Counted from the stretch's first letter, positions 17,640 through 28,314 are shown. The stretch is 64,000 nt of DNA from a virus (IMGVR_UViG_3300023174_000037); one strand, 5' to 3'. The notes: a model not told the origin generated them from the letters alone. A program made the numbers and translations.

Positions 17640-18740
17640 TTATAAATTAGGTAATGCTTCATAGTCGAGGTTATCGCTCATTACGCCAATGACATAATTA
17701 GTTGACTCTGACTCTTGTAGTGCTGTTTGTTTATTGCTGGTGTTGACGTGTTTGTTAAACCACGGAATAGGAGTTGTCTTGGGTGCGGCTGTTTGATACT
17801 TGATACCCACTTCTTTGAGTGCGCCAACTGCGGTGTAATCAACAAAGTCTTTAAGGATGTTGGCGTTAAGACCAATCACAGGCCCTTTGTTAAACAAATA
17901 GTCTGCCCATTGTTTTTCTTCACGAATAACATCCATATACAAACTATATACTTCTGCTTCGCATTCTGCCTTGGCTTCAGCAAATCTAGGATCTTCTTTG
18001 ACCACTTGATTGATCATCCAAGCTGTCCAATCCTTGTGTAAGATTTCGTCTTGTAGGATCAGACTGATAATGTTGCCATTGCCAATAAAGATACGATTCT
18101 CAACCATTGCCAAACTTGTAGCAAAGCTGACCATGAAGCGGAAGGCTTCTAAGGCATAGCTGGCATGTAAGGCTAACCAGATGGCCCGGACATGTTCTTT
18201 CTCGGTTACCTTTTCGCCTAGTTCTTTACGACAGTTAACTAAATGGAGAGCATCATAATAGTTGCCTACACTACTAGCCATATCTACAATTTCTTTGGTA
18301 TCGTGGATTGTGTTGAATGCATCTTTGGGCACGTTGTAAATGTTACGGATGATGTGACTGTAACTGCGACTATGGATATTGGTCTCAAAGAAGCCCCAGT
18401 TGAACATGAGTGATTCAAGTTCAGGGATTGAGCACACAGGTGTAAACACTTGCGTAGGTCCACGTCCTTGCAAACTGTCCAATGCAGTTTGACGTAGCAA
18501 GTTGCTGGTGAAGATGTGACGCACTGTGTCGCTAGCTTCTTTAAAGTCGTTGGCGTCTTTGGTAAGACTGATTTCTTCTGGTACCCAAAAGAAGCCACGT
18601 GCTTCGGCTTCGAACTTGGTCAGCTTGTTATACTTTACTTCTTCAAAGCGTTGAATAGTAACAGGCCCTGCTGGATCCAAGAACATCTTGCGATGTAAGT
18701 AATCAGTTTTTGTTTTTAAATTGTATTGTGCTTGACTCAT
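17640..18740 (-). CDS. nrdB: ribonucleotide reductase class Ia beta subunit
   Basis: FFWVPEEI, LDSLQG, ETNIHSRSY (radical Tyr), EAFRF, QDEILH, C-terminal LQESESTNY. Confidence 0.95.
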   Translation of the reverse strand: MSQAQYNLKTKTDYLHRKMFLDPAGPVTIQRFEEVKYNKLTKFEAEARGFFWVPEEISLTKDANDFKEASDTVRHIFTSNLLRQTALDSLQGRGPTQVFTPVCSIPELESLMFNWGFFETNIHSRSYSHIIRNIYNVPKDAFNTIHDTKEIVDMASSVGNYYDALHLVNCRKELGEKVTEKEHVRAIWLALHASYALEAFRFMVSFATSLAMVENRIFIGNGNIISLILQDEILHKDWTAWMINQVVKEDPRFAEAKAECEAEVYSLYMDVIREEKQWADYLFNKGPVIGLNANILKDFVDYTAVGALKEVGIKYQTAAPKTTPIPWFNKHVNTSNKQTALQESESTNYVIGVMSDNLDYEALPNL

Positions 18741-18750
18741 TTTTTTCTCT

Positions 18751-21069
18751 TTATAATTTACATGCTTCGCAATCTTCTTGATCGTCAAAGTCTATTGCTT
18801 CTAATGCAGCTTCTTTAGGTTCGTCTTGACCTTTACTACCCTGTTTATTAATCAGGCTGTAGTAAAAAGTCTTGAGCCCCCAACGGTGTGCCAGCATTAA
18901 GTTTCGAGCAATCAATGTGGTTGGAACTTTGCGATCGGCAAAGTGCGCAGGATTGTAAAATGTGTTGGTTGAAATACTTTGATCTACATAAGCGGCAATT
19001 ACACTGGCTGTCTTGATATACCCTTCACAATTTTTTTGTTCCCACATGAGTTGATACTTGTTCTTTAATTTATTGTATTCTGGTGCCACTTGAATCAAAC
19101 TACCAGCTTTGCTTTCTTTCACGGTGATTAGACTCATGGGCATTTCAATACCGTTGGTTGAATTAATAACCACACTACTTGATTCAACCGGAGCCACTGC
19201 CATCAATGTTGCGTTACGCACACCGTGAACTTTCATCTTTTCACGCAGTGTTTCCCAATCTAATTCAGGTTTAAAGTTTGCAAGCTCGTCTACTGCTTTT
19301 GCGCGAAGTTCCCAAGGAAACACGCCTTGGCCATAACGTGTGAGTCCTGAATGACTGCATGGACCACGTTCTTTGGCCAACTCCACCGTGGCTTCTGTCA
19401 AGTAGTAGGCTTGATGTTCCATCCAACTTTTAACTTCTTGTAGCGAATCTTTTTCGCCATATAACAGACCACGCTTGGCATGCCAGTAGGCCAAGTTGGT
19501 AATGCCAATTCCCAATGGGCTAATTTCCTGATTGCTCAACTGACTTTGAATACTTAGAAAGTCTTGATAGTCAAGTATGTTGCATAGGCTACGCTGTAAA
19601 ATTCTGCAAGCACGGCGCATGTCTTCTGGATTACGGAATGCACCCCAGTTGATCGATCCCAGTGTGCAAAGAGCAATGCGGCCTTCTGGGTCGTCTAATC
19701 GATCAAATGATTTGGTTGGAAGTAAAATTTCACAGCACAAATTACTTTGATAGATGGTGTGATACTCAGGATCAAATGGACCTTGATTCATTACATTGTC
19801 AATGAACACAAGATAAATTCGGCCAGTGTCTGTGCGTTCTTTTAAGATACCGCCCTTGAACACATCCTCCGCGGCCATGGTCTTGGTACGTAGATCTCGG
19901 CGCTTTTCATACTTGACATAAAGCTGTTCAAACTTTGCTGTGTCTTTGTAAAATGCTTCGTACAGGTCAGGTACTTCGTTTGGATCAAAGAATGTTATGT
20001 TTTCTTTGTTTTTAAATCGTCTCCAGAAGAGAGCACTAAGCACAACCCCATAATCCATATGACGGACTCGGGTTTCCTCTGTTCCTTGATTGTTCTTGAG
20101 CACAATGAGATCATCAAACTGATAATGCCAAATAGGATAAAATACAGTAGCACTTGCATTACGAATACCTCCTTGACTACAACTACGCAAATCTCCAAAC
20201 CATTTCTTTAAGAACGGAACCATGCCAGTGTGCATGACTTCGCCACCACGAATAGGAGCACCTAGTGGACGCAAGCGGCCAATCTCCAAACCAATGCCAG
20301 CACGTTTGGCGGCATACTTGGCCATCATCTCTCCAGAAGCAAATATGCTATCCAGATTGTCGTCACTGCGGATAAGCACACAACTAGAAAACTGCCTAGT
20401 AGGAGTGCCAAGGCCAGCCAGCACAGGTGTAGCAAGAGTAAACAAACCATCGGATGCCGCATTATAATATTCTTTAATGTAACGCATTCTTGCAGTATTC
20501 GGTTCTTCTCTGTGAAACACTGTAGCCGCTGCAACAATATATCTAATTTGGGGAGTTTCATAAATTTCCTTTGTCGCACGATTGCGTACCAAATATTTCT
20601 CTATCAACTGCTCAATCGCCGCATAGCTGTAAAGCTCGTCTTTGTCGTGGTCCAGCATGTCGTTCATGCGGTTCCAATCTTCTTCAGTATACCACTCAAG
20701 AAGTTCCTTGGTATATAGACCTGTGGCTACATTCTTTTTTACAATTTCATAAAGATGTGGAGGTTCGTATGTTCCGTATACATCTTTTCGCAACATACTC
20801 AAGCGTTGCTTGCCTGCCACGTATTGATAGTTAGTATGTCCAACATCTGGGTTTGATTCAACATCAATTAAATCCACAATGGCTCGCAACGTGATGCCGT
20901 CAATTTCTTGTGTGGTGATCCCATCATAAAAATGCAATTGTGCCTTGATTTCTATCATGCTCTGACTTACGTCAGCGATTCCTTGGCAAACTTTAGCAAC
21001 CTGCGCCTGCCATTTATCAATTTGCAGTGGTTCTTTTAGTCCGCTTCTTTTAACTACGCTTATCTGCAT
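18751..21069 (-). CDS. nrdA: ribonucleotide reductase class Ia alpha subunit with ATP cone
   Basis: VVKRSG ATP cone, FSSCVL, SNLCCEI, ALCTLG, KTFYY, C-terminal CEAC; 772 aa, no intein-sized insertion. Confidence 0.96.
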   Translation of the reverse strand: MQISVVKRSGLKEPLQIDKWQAQVAKVCQGIADVSQSMIEIKAQLHFYDGITTQEIDGITLRAIVDLIDVESNPDVGHTNYQYVAGKQRLSMLRKDVYGTYEPPHLYEIVKKNVATGLYTKELLEWYTEEDWNRMNDMLDHDKDELYSYAAIEQLIEKYLVRNRATKEIYETPQIRYIVAAATVFHREEPNTARMRYIKEYYNAASDGLFTLATPVLAGLGTPTRQFSSCVLIRSDDNLDSIFASGEMMAKYAAKRAGIGLEIGRLRPLGAPIRGGEVMHTGMVPFLKKWFGDLRSCSQGGIRNASATVFYPIWHYQFDDLIVLKNNQGTEETRVRHMDYGVVLSALFWRRFKNKENITFFDPNEVPDLYEAFYKDTAKFEQLYVKYEKRRDLRTKTMAAEDVFKGGILKERTDTGRIYLVFIDNVMNQGPFDPEYHTIYQSNLCCEILLPTKSFDRLDDPEGRIALCTLGSINWGAFRNPEDMRRACRILQRSLCNILDYQDFLSIQSQLSNQEISPLGIGITNLAYWHAKRGLLYGEKDSLQEVKSWMEHQAYYLTEATVELAKERGPCSHSGLTRYGQGVFPWELRAKAVDELANFKPELDWETLREKMKVHGVRNATLMAVAPVESSSVVINSTNGIEMPMSLITVKESKAGSLIQVAPEYNKLKNKYQLMWEQKNCEGYIKTASVIAAYVDQSISTNTFYNPAHFADRKVPTTLIARNLMLAHRWGLKTFYYSLINKQGSKGQDEPKEAALEAIDFDDQEDCEACKL

Positions 21070-21095
21070 CTTTTAACTTTCGTGTTCTAATTTTA

Positions 21096-21509
21096 CTACG
21101 TAACTTGGGTTTTTTTAAACCTGCGAGTGGTTTTAACTTTGGGTTTGTTATTTACGATTGAATCTTTGTTCCAATTAAGTATATATTTTTCTTTTGCTAC
21201 TAGGACTAAATTACTGCCATCATCAGCCAAAACCAGCTCTGCGTCCGCCATATCCGCACGTTCCAGTAGACTTATAGTATACAGGATTCCAAGAGATCTT
21301 GCAAGATCACAATAGACATTATCACTTAAAAGTTGCCAGGGATCTGGCCAATCTGCTTGGTCGTCCCAGTGTAGGTAATATGGTTGCCAAGGGGTGTTGA
21401 ACCACCATTGATTAATGGCAGTTAATGCATTTTCTAAATCAAGAGATTGGCAACGACTGCGTAGCTCAACCCAGGCTTGCAATCTGCTATCAAAAGTTAC
21501 TGGCCACAT
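21096..21509 (-). CDS. hypothetical protein
   Basis: 137 aa, Trp-rich, contains CDLARSLGILYT. Confidence 0.7.
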   Translation of the reverse strand: MWPVTFDSRLQAWVELRSRCQSLDLENALTAINQWWFNTPWQPYYLHWDDQADWPDPWQLLSDNVYCDLARSLGILYTISLLERADMADAELVLADDGSNLVLVAKEKYILNWNKDSIVNNKPKVKTTRRFKKTQVT

Positions 21510-21513
21510 TGAA

Positions 21514-23088
21514 TCAGGCTAGGTAATTGATAGAATAATTAATTATCCCGTTTATGCCGGTGTCGGTTGCATTGTATACTACACTCAATTCATCGCCTGT
21601 TTGACTAACTGATAAAGTTATGCCAGTGTCACCATTTTGAACATAATCGTCTGACATGGTCGGTCCTGTGGAGTCTGAAGCAACAATCATAGTGCCAACA
21701 CGATACAAGTCATTGCGTGTAATTTTATAATTGAGTTCAAATGCGGTGGCTTGAAGAGTCGATACTACTGCAACTTCGTTGGTATCATCATTGGCCAGTT
21801 GAGTTTGAGATCCACTTTGTCTTATGTAAGTTCCTGTGGCTATTACAATCTGCGAACCATTAGTAGTGGCTACTTGGTTAGCAGGCACGGCCAACGATAT
21901 TCTAGGATAGTCAGCGGCTGAGGCATCACTGCGTTCAAATAAATCACTGACGCTGACATTGTTGCTGTTGTTGAAAGTAATTACTGGAGAGGCCGCTGTA
22001 GATCCTGTAAACTCGTTGCCTACATCATAAAAAATATTTTGTGCTGATGCATTTAAATTAGAATAAGATCCAAAAATAATGCCTTCGGCATAAATGTTGT
22101 TAAACACATTGTTAGTAACACGTATGCCAGTGGGTGAAACAAATGCCGGAGCACCGGTTCCTAACAACACACCTTGATACAAGGTATCAAATACGGAATT
22201 TGAAACGATAACACCGCTGACTTCTTCATTGGTGTTGATTCCGTAAACAGTTCCACTAAGCCGGCATCCGTCAAACACTATTTGTTCGCATGAATAAGCA
22301 GCCGTTGTATTAAACTCCACACACTTTGTAGCATTGGCATTTGTGGTCAAGTCAGCTGTGGTCATAGGACCATTAAATCCTACATTTTGGAAACGACAGT
22401 TAGTGGCTTGTCCAAGTAAAAATACGCTGACTTCAGGATCAACCGTTTGAAATCCAAGGTTGGTAATAGTAATATGTTGCGGCGGTATTGTTCCGCCGGA
22501 ACCAATATTGGCACCTGTCTGTTGCAAGCTGTCAGCTGTTTGTGCTGCATATGAAGCACCCGAGGCCAATGAAATTATAGAATTGTCCAGGCCTTCACCA
22601 TACAAGGTAGCATAAGGAGGAATATTAATTGTACCAGTTACTTTGTATACTCCAGCAGGGAAAAATAGGCTACGACGGATTTGTGGATTAGTATCTCTGC
22701 AATACAATTGGTATAGGGCACGATTAATTGCTGCTGTGCAATCTGTAGAACCGTCACCTACTGCACCAAAATCCAATACACTGGCAAATTGATCAAGCCA
22801 CGACTGCAAACTTAAATCAATTGGCGTACCAGCAGTGGGACCAGTTTGCACTGTGTAACCAGCAGCCAGTCCTTTGTAAGTGTAGGTTGTGGAAAAATTT
22901 AAAATATCACTGAATTCTGTTAAAATTTCAGTGTTACCAATAATTGGGGCGCCTTCTTCTAAGGTACCGTTACCAATGTAAAGTTGACGTGTGTCTGTGC
23001 TCCAACCAAACTCTGCGCCTGCCAGTTGTGGTAGATTTTCTGCTAAACCTTTGCGGTTTGTAATTTGGGATATTTGAACAATGGCCAA
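21514..23088 (-). CDS. tail spike/fibre with a pectate-lyase-like beta-helix
   Basis: Mtd-N-like head (QITNRKG...LAGAEFGWSTDTRQLYIGNG), then SVLDFGAVGDGSTDCTAAINRAL...LFFPAGVYKV and beta-helix repeats; TAAATA at 23115-23120. Confidence 0.8.
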   Translation of the reverse strand: MAIVQISQITNRKGLAENLPQLAGAEFGWSTDTRQLYIGNGTLEEGAPIIGNTEILTEFSDILNFSTTYTYKGLAAGYTVQTGPTAGTPIDLSLQSWLDQFASVLDFGAVGDGSTDCTAAINRALYQLYCRDTNPQIRRSLFFPAGVYKVTGTINIPPYATLYGEGLDNSIISLASGASYAAQTADSLQQTGANIGSGGTIPPQHITITNLGFQTVDPEVSVFLLGQATNCRFQNVGFNGPMTTADLTTNANATKCVEFNTTAAYSCEQIVFDGCRLSGTVYGINTNEEVSGVIVSNSVFDTLYQGVLLGTGAPAFVSPTGIRVTNNVFNNIYAEGIIFGSYSNLNASAQNIFYDVGNEFTGSTAASPVITFNNSNNVSVSDLFERSDASAADYPRISLAVPANQVATTNGSQIVIATGTYIRQSGSQTQLANDDTNEVAVVSTLQATAFELNYKITRNDLYRVGTMIVASDSTGPTMSDDYVQNGDTGITLSVSQTGDELSVVYNATDTGINGIINYSINYLA

Positions 23089-23125
23089 TTTAGTCTTCCT
23101 TGAATTCTATTCAGTATTTAGCTGT

Positions 23126-23839
23126 TTAGGCCAGTAGGTAATACTGCTCTAGGCGGCGCCACCATTGGTCTGCCCAGTAGTCAAAATCCTCGGGTTTCAA
23201 TACAAATTCCTGGTAAACAGGACGGGCAAGTGGATTGCCCATGTCGTCTACAGGAGGTTTAACACACATTAGCACAACACCTTTGCGTATGTTTGTGCCG
23301 TAAACTTCGTTGTGAGCTAGAGCATAGGCCACTAGTTGTAATTTATAGTCAGTGATCCAAGATTCTTGCTTGGGCTTGTTGGTTTGTTTAAAGTCCAGAA
23401 TGCTTTCGTCTTTTTGATGTATGCCCACGCAGTCTGTGGTTCCAGCATACAGTTTAGGAAAATACAAAGGAATCTCTACACCCCAGAACTCATCAACATT
23501 TTTAAGTCCGTCTTCAATCACAGTTTGTGCCATAGCGTGACTTGCCCAACCAAATGGATTTGTTCCACGCTCTTTTAGTTCATTATTTTTTACATAATGT
23601 TCTAAGTAAGTATGCATACGTGTGCCACGATTAGCGGCTTCTGTAGTAATCTGCTGTGCTTTGGCATGCCCTACATTCTTGCGCCATTGCTCTAGTGCGG
23701 CTCGCGATTCGGCTGGTTTAGTTTTGTCCAGGATAGTTGTTACACTAGGAACCTTGGATCCGTCTGGTGTAGAATACAAGCGTTTGCCTTCTTCGCTTGT
23801 GCGGCTTAGTTCATGATAGTTAAATTTTGGATTATACAT
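23126..23839 (-). CDS. PD-(D/E)XK exonuclease
   Basis: PSVTTIL, RGTRMH, YAGTTDC, DFKQT, QLVAYA. Confidence 0.85.
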   Translation of the reverse strand: MYNPKFNYHELSRTSEEGKRLYSTPDGSKVPSVTTILDKTKPAESRAALEQWRKNVGHAKAQQITTEAANRGTRMHTYLEHYVKNNELKERGTNPFGWASHAMAQTVIEDGLKNVDEFWGVEIPLYFPKLYAGTTDCVGIHQKDESILDFKQTNKPKQESWITDYKLQLVAYALAHNEVYGTNIRKGVVLMCVKPPVDDMGNPLARPVYQEFVLKPEDFDYWADQWWRRLEQYYLLA

Positions 23840-24269
23840 CGATTTGTTCTACCTGGATTCCTGATTTTTCCAGAAACGTAATACCGCTAGCATCCCTATA
23901 AGCGTTCCTATATAGAACACTGCTAATACCACTTTGGTAGATAAGTTTAGCACAGTCCAAACATGGAGCATGGGTAATAAACATAGTAGCGCCCATACCA
24001 GATTCGTTAGATTTAGCAAGTTTTGCGATTGCATTTGTTTCAGCATGTAATACTTCCGGTTTGGTTTTTAGTATAATGTGAAATCCGTCTTCATCGTATG
24101 TTTGATCTTCGCAATCGTTATCCCAACCAGCCGGCATACCATTATAGCCAATAGAAATAATTCTATCATCCTTGACTACAATAGCGCCAACATGTAGGCG
24201 GCGAGCATGACTTAGTTCTGCAAATGTTTCTGCGGTTTTTATGTATGCTTGTTTAAGTTTGTCTTTCAA
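23832..24269 (-). CDS. dCMP deaminase
   Basis: VGAIVV, IGYNG, HAETNA and PCLDC zinc motifs. Confidence 0.92.
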   Translation of the reverse strand: MKDKLKQAYIKTAETFAELSHARRLHVGAIVVKDDRIISIGYNGMPAGWDNDCEDQTYDEDGFHIILKTKPEVLHAETNAIAKLAKSNESGMGATMFITHAPCLDCAKLIYQSGISSVLYRNAYRDASGITFLEKSGIQVEQIDV

Positions 24270-24586
24270 ATTCTAAAACTTTCTCCGCATCCACAACGGT
24301 CTCGTTCAAGAGGATTATTAAATTCAAAGCCTTCGTTAAGGCCGTGACGCACATAGTCTACTTCGACACCATTTAGGTATGCCGAACTTTTAGGATCAAC
24401 TACCACAACAAATCCATCTTGTTCAACTGTGATGTCTTCGGAGTTAATGTTATCAACATATTCTAACACATAAGCAAGTCCACTGCAACCTGTGGTTCTT
24501 ACACCAAGCCGAATGCCTACGCCTTGCCCACGACGAGTCAAATTGGATTTAATTTTTTTAGAAGCAATCTCAGTAACAGATATCAT
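24266..24586 (-). CDS. iscA: Fe-S cluster carrier IscA
   Basis: TTGCSGLAY and CGCGESF; three conserved Cys. Confidence 0.93.
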   Translation of the reverse strand: MISVTEIASKKIKSNLTRRGQGVGIRLGVRTTGCSGLAYVLEYVDNINSEDITVEQDGFVVVVDPKSSAYLNGVEVDYVRHGLNEGFEFNNPLERDRCGCGESFRI

Positions 24587-24963
24587 CAGTGTTTCTTACG
24601 ATAGTCTTCAATTGCAGCTTTTATAGCATCTTCTGCAAGTATGCTACAATGTATTTTAACCGGTGGTAAGGCAAGTTCTCCAGCAATATCCGAATTCTTA
24701 ATCGTTCCTGCTTCGTCAAGCGTTTTTCCTTTAACCCACTCGGTGACAAGACTTGAACTGGCGATTGCTGATCCACATCCGTATGTTTTAAATTTGGCAT
24801 CAGTTATTACTCCTTCATTATTTACTTTGATTTGAAGTTTCATAACGTCACCACAGGCAGGTGCGCCAACCATACCGGTTCCTACTGAATCGTCACCTTT
24901 TTCAAAGCTACCCACATTGCGTGGATTTTCGTAGTGATCTATTACTTTTTCTGAATATGCCAT
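24586..24963 (-). CDS. iscU: Fe-S cluster scaffold IscU
   Basis: [34 protein letters not shown]. Confidence 0.96.
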   Translation of the reverse strand: MAYSEKVIDHYENPRNVGSFEKGDDSVGTGMVGAPACGDVMKLQIKVNNEGVITDAKFKTYGCGSAIASSSLVTEWVKGKTLDEAGTIKNSDIAGELALPPVKIHCSILAEDAIKAAIEDYRKKH

Positions 24964-25024
24964 TTGTTTCTCCTATTTTACATTATAACATGTAACTGTT
25001 GTATTTACAACCTTTTTGAACGTA

Positions 25025-25927
25025 TTATACGACTGGTTCTAGGGTGTATTGTTTTTTGGCTTGATTTTTGGTAACTGCAAACAACCTATTTTTATATTCT
25101 AAACTTTCTGGGCAAAATTTACACATGGTCAATTGCTCATCGATTGTGGCTAAAAATTCCGCACCACGTTCCGAATACTCGTAAGGCGATAGCGGTCGAT
25201 AGGAATTTAAAATAACTCTATCTTCGTCTGAAATATCAAATCCGTGCTGTTGATCAAACTCTGGAAATAGTGCAGCTGGTCCGCATTTATACAGCCGGCC
25301 TTTGATCATGTGATAGTTTTTATGTATGCGAAATCCGCAACTGTTGTGTGCCACATGAGGTCTACTGTTGTGTAGTGTAAACTTGCCCGTGGCATCTCGT
25401 TGAATAGCACTGTCGTAAAAATCATATTGTATCCACAGTGGTATGGCAACCTTGTTTTCGTCTATCCATGTAATGTCAGACCCAAACAAGTTACGAGGAT
25501 CGTTTTTTTCTAATTTTGTAATTGCACCTTGAAGAAACTTGTGAACTTCAGCTTCAAATTCATCAATGGTATTAGGATTGTGCCAGCTGATACCCATCCA
25601 GTTACCATTGACCCGTAAGGCTTCGTAAAGTCCCTTTACATTGTTTAGGCGTGTGCCGTTTGATAGTATCTGCACATTTCTTTTGAATATGCGATTGATT
25701 CCATAAACCCAATCAAGTATGTCCGGATTCAGCAACGGTTCGCCACCTAATATCACTATCTTGTCAACGTCAACATATTCGGCCCATTTTTCATAATCGG
25801 CTTCGTAGTCACTCCATCGTTGCCATCCAGCAAATGAATAGTTGTTAAAACGGTTACAACCTTCGCAGGTTAGATTGCAGACGTTAGTTATATAGAACTC
25901 AAGTTTTGAGAATAGGTGTTTTTTCAT
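25025..25927 (-). CDS. radical SAM enzyme
   Basis: CNLTCEGC, LGGEPLL; C-terminal Cys cluster (CGF...YKCG...CKFC). Confidence 0.9.
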   Translation of the reverse strand: MKKHLFSKLEFYITNVCNLTCEGCNRFNNYSFAGWQRWSDYEADYEKWAEYVDVDKIVILGGEPLLNPDILDWVYGINRIFKRNVQILSNGTRLNNVKGLYEALRVNGNWMGISWHNPNTIDEFEAEVHKFLQGAITKLEKNDPRNLFGSDITWIDENKVAIPLWIQYDFYDSAIQRDATGKFTLHNSRPHVAHNSCGFRIHKNYHMIKGRLYKCGPAALFPEFDQQHGFDISDEDRVILNSYRPLSPYEYSERGAEFLATIDEQLTMCKFCPESLEYKNRLFAVTKNQAKKQYTLEPVV

Positions 25928-25984
25928 AGTATAGGAAGCACCACCCGATGATTAAGTGATGTTAGATATTTACGACTAATGTGT

Positions 25985-26320
25985 TTACTGGCGACGTTTT
26001 AATGCCGCTTTGGCATTGCTGTCTACTACTGCTCTGGCTTGGTCTACACTCATGCCAGTTTCGGCTTCAGTATTGCCTTTGAAACGAACTACACCAGTGT
26101 TGGGTTCCAGTGGTTCTAATATATTACTTAGGGGTTCTTGACTGATCAAATCACCCAGATTTTCAGGAGTAACGTTGACTCCTAGACTTTTGGCCGCATC
26201 AATAAAGGCCTGTTGACTAATTTGTTTTTTGGCACTTTCATCTTCACTACGCCCAAGCAAAAACTGGCTTAATGCAGCCAGTCGTTGTGTGTTGGGATCT
26301 GCAACTTCGCGGATTAACAT
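25985..26320 (-). CDS. hypothetical protein, putative virion component
   Basis: MLIREV N-terminus; late-type box upstream of the operon. Confidence 0.65.
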   Translation of the reverse strand: MLIREVADPNTQRLAALSQFLLGRSEDESAKKQISQQAFIDAAKSLGVNVTPENLGDLISQEPLSNILEPLEPNTGVVRFKGNTEAETGMSVDQARAVVDSNAKAALKRRQ

Positions 26321-27168
26321 TATCTACGTTCGCGACCCAGGCCAGCAGGTTCAACGTTGGCATCCATCTCAGCGTCAATGTCTTCTTCGCCATCAGGTGT
26401 AGGAAGTTCAGCATCAATATCAATTTGTTCTTGACCTGGAGCAACACCCATATCATCACCAGGAACTTGCGGTGCTTGTCCGGTAACTACACCAAGTGCA
26501 GCTTCTAATTGTTGTTTAGCACCGCTTAGGTTTTGTAACAGCCCGCTTAATGCAGCACTGGCATCGCCGTTGAATTGAGTAGCTTGATCAACTCCAACTT
26601 CGTTCTTGATTTGGTCAATCAATGCAGGTAAATCTTTGAATTGCATGGCACTGACTTGTTCACTCATTTTTTGAACTTGATCAACCATGTCTTGTGCAGC
26701 CAACACCACTTGAGCTTGTTGAATTTCAGAGGCTTCACGCAAACGACGAGCGCGGCGGCCTTCTGCCATTGGGTTATTTGCTTGTTGCAAAATTTGATTT
26801 TTTTGTTGTGTTAACTCTTGAATTTGTTTTGTAATTGCAGCGGCTTGATCTTGTGCCTGTTTTTTCCTTGCGGCCATGTCCATTGCCATGTTGGCTGGAT
26901 TTGTTGCCGGAGCAGTACCGGGTGCTGTTGCAGCGGCGGCCAAGGCCTGTTCCATCATGACCAATTTTAAATATGCAGGATCACGTTCACTGCTGTGAAA
27001 AGCTGTGGTTCTACGATGTTCAGCAATTAACTTGCGAACACTCTTAAGCATGTTATGTGCTTGGCTTTTTGAAACAGTGTTAAAATTAACACGGTCACCA
27101 AAATAGCTTTCAAAAACCTTAGCGGCTTGTTGTTTCGGATTGGCTACGGCCAGTTCTTGCAGTTTCAT
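26320..27168 (-). CDS. helical coiled-coil protein, putative virion component
   Basis: 282 aa, Q/A-rich; TAAATA at 27192-27197; SD GAGGA. Confidence 0.7.
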   Translation of the reverse strand: MKLQELAVANPKQQAAKVFESYFGDRVNFNTVSKSQAHNMLKSVRKLIAEHRRTTAFHSSERDPAYLKLVMMEQALAAAATAPGTAPATNPANMAMDMAARKKQAQDQAAAITKQIQELTQQKNQILQQANNPMAEGRRARRLREASEIQQAQVVLAAQDMVDQVQKMSEQVSAMQFKDLPALIDQIKNEVGVDQATQFNGDASAALSGLLQNLSGAKQQLEAALGVVTGQAPQVPGDDMGVAPGQEQIDIDAELPTPDGEEDIDAEMDANVEPAGLGRERR

Positions 27169-27613
27169 TATGGAATCCTCGTTGTTGAATATATTTAGCC
27201 CAGTTTACGTATTTGGTTAACTGATTTTCCAGCACTTTTTTCTGTATAATCTTGCTTTCTAGCTTGGTTAGTATAATTTCACGTAAATCAGGATTTTGGC
27301 TACGATCACCAATGGCAGCTCTTGTATTAATATCATTTTTAAGTGCTGTTAATTTATTATCAGTTCTTAGTATTTCACGGGATGTATTGTAATCACGATT
27401 TTTATCGGCAATGCACCAGCTGAGTGCTGTGCGTGTGCTGCTAAAAACTCCTACTTCTGTAATGCCACAAACGACTTGATAACCACGTGATTTGGGTTGT
27501 ATTTTATAGTGCTCAAATACTTCGTAACCATCCTCACTTTGCCAGATTAAATTGGGTGCAATGCTTTTAAATTCCTGGCGGAACATGCGTTCAAACTCTT
27601 GGTCGGATTTCAT
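27119..27613 (-). CDS. hypothetical protein
   Basis: 164 aa; 50-nt 3' overlap with the next gene. Confidence 0.65.
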   Translation of the reverse strand: MKSDQEFERMFRQEFKSIAPNLIWQSEDGYEVFEHYKIQPKSRGYQVVCGITEVGVFSSTRTALSWCIADKNRDYNTSREILRTDNKLTALKNDINTRAAIGDRSQNPDLREIILTKLESKIIQKKVLENQLTKYVNWAKYIQQRGFHNETARTGRSQSETTSR

Positions 27614-27873
27614 TTTAAAACGTAGTGTGATATAAGATAAATGGTTGAAGCAAATAAAAATCCAATAATGCCAACTCCCCAGCCAATTAATCTATCAGTA
27701 TTTTTTTCACTCATTTTGCTTACACTGGCTTTGACCTCAGCAACCATTTCGCAGAGATGTGCAATATTCACACTCATAGCGGTCATTTTATCTTCTAACG
27801 CATTGTAGCGTTCAGCACACAATTCCACGTGTGCTTCAAGACTTTTCTTTTCAATATCAGTTGGCTCAACCAT
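27610..27873 (-). CDS. coiled-coil protein with a C-terminal TM helix
   Basis: Heptad region then WGVGIIGFLFASTIYLI; TAAATA at 27891-27896. Confidence 0.65.
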   Translation of the reverse strand: MVEPTDIEKKSLEAHVELCAERYNALEDKMTAMSVNIAHLCEMVAEVKASVSKMSEKNTDRLIGWGVGIIGFLFASTIYLISHYVLK

Positions 27874-27885
27874 TTGTAATCTCCA

Positions 27886-28314
27886 TCATGTATTTATGGA
27901 AATAGGCACGAACCAAATATTCTGTCTAGGGCCGCTGGTTATTAACACTGTGTCAATATCCGGGTCATTGTCAAGTTCACGCAACATGGGCACACCTTCA
28001 GCATCAGCACGTAGCACTGATACTGGATCTGATTCAGGACCGTAAATGCCGTCTGTTTCGGTTTCAAATTCAAACATCCAACGTGTGCCGGTTTGATCTG
28101 ATATGGGATCGGTTAGGTCAAATAATTGAGTGCGAAGACTTAAAATTTGTGTAAGTGTTTCCCAATTACGTTGTTGATTGCGACTACGATTCCACAGCTC
28201 TTCATTGTGTATCAACTGTCCAGCACGATCATGAAATGGCATGCGGCTTTGTTTACAATGTCCAGTTACTCCGGTGGCTGTGATATCAAACAGGGTTTGA
28301 CAAGCAAATTTCAT
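27886..28314 (-). CDS. hypothetical protein
   Basis: 142-aa ORF, coupled to the upstream gene. Confidence 0.7.
   Translation of the reverse strand: MKFACQTLFDITATGVTGHCKQSRMPFHDRAGQLIHNEELWNRSRNQQRNWETLTQILSLRTQLFDLTDPISDQTGTRWMFEFETETDGIYGPESDPVSVLRADAEGVPMLRELDNDPDIDTVLITSGPRQNIWFVPISINT

Noticed and set aside
27610-27873. Holin call for the 87-aa TM protein
   Set aside because: A single C-terminal TM helix with no adjacent endolysin is insufficient evidence.
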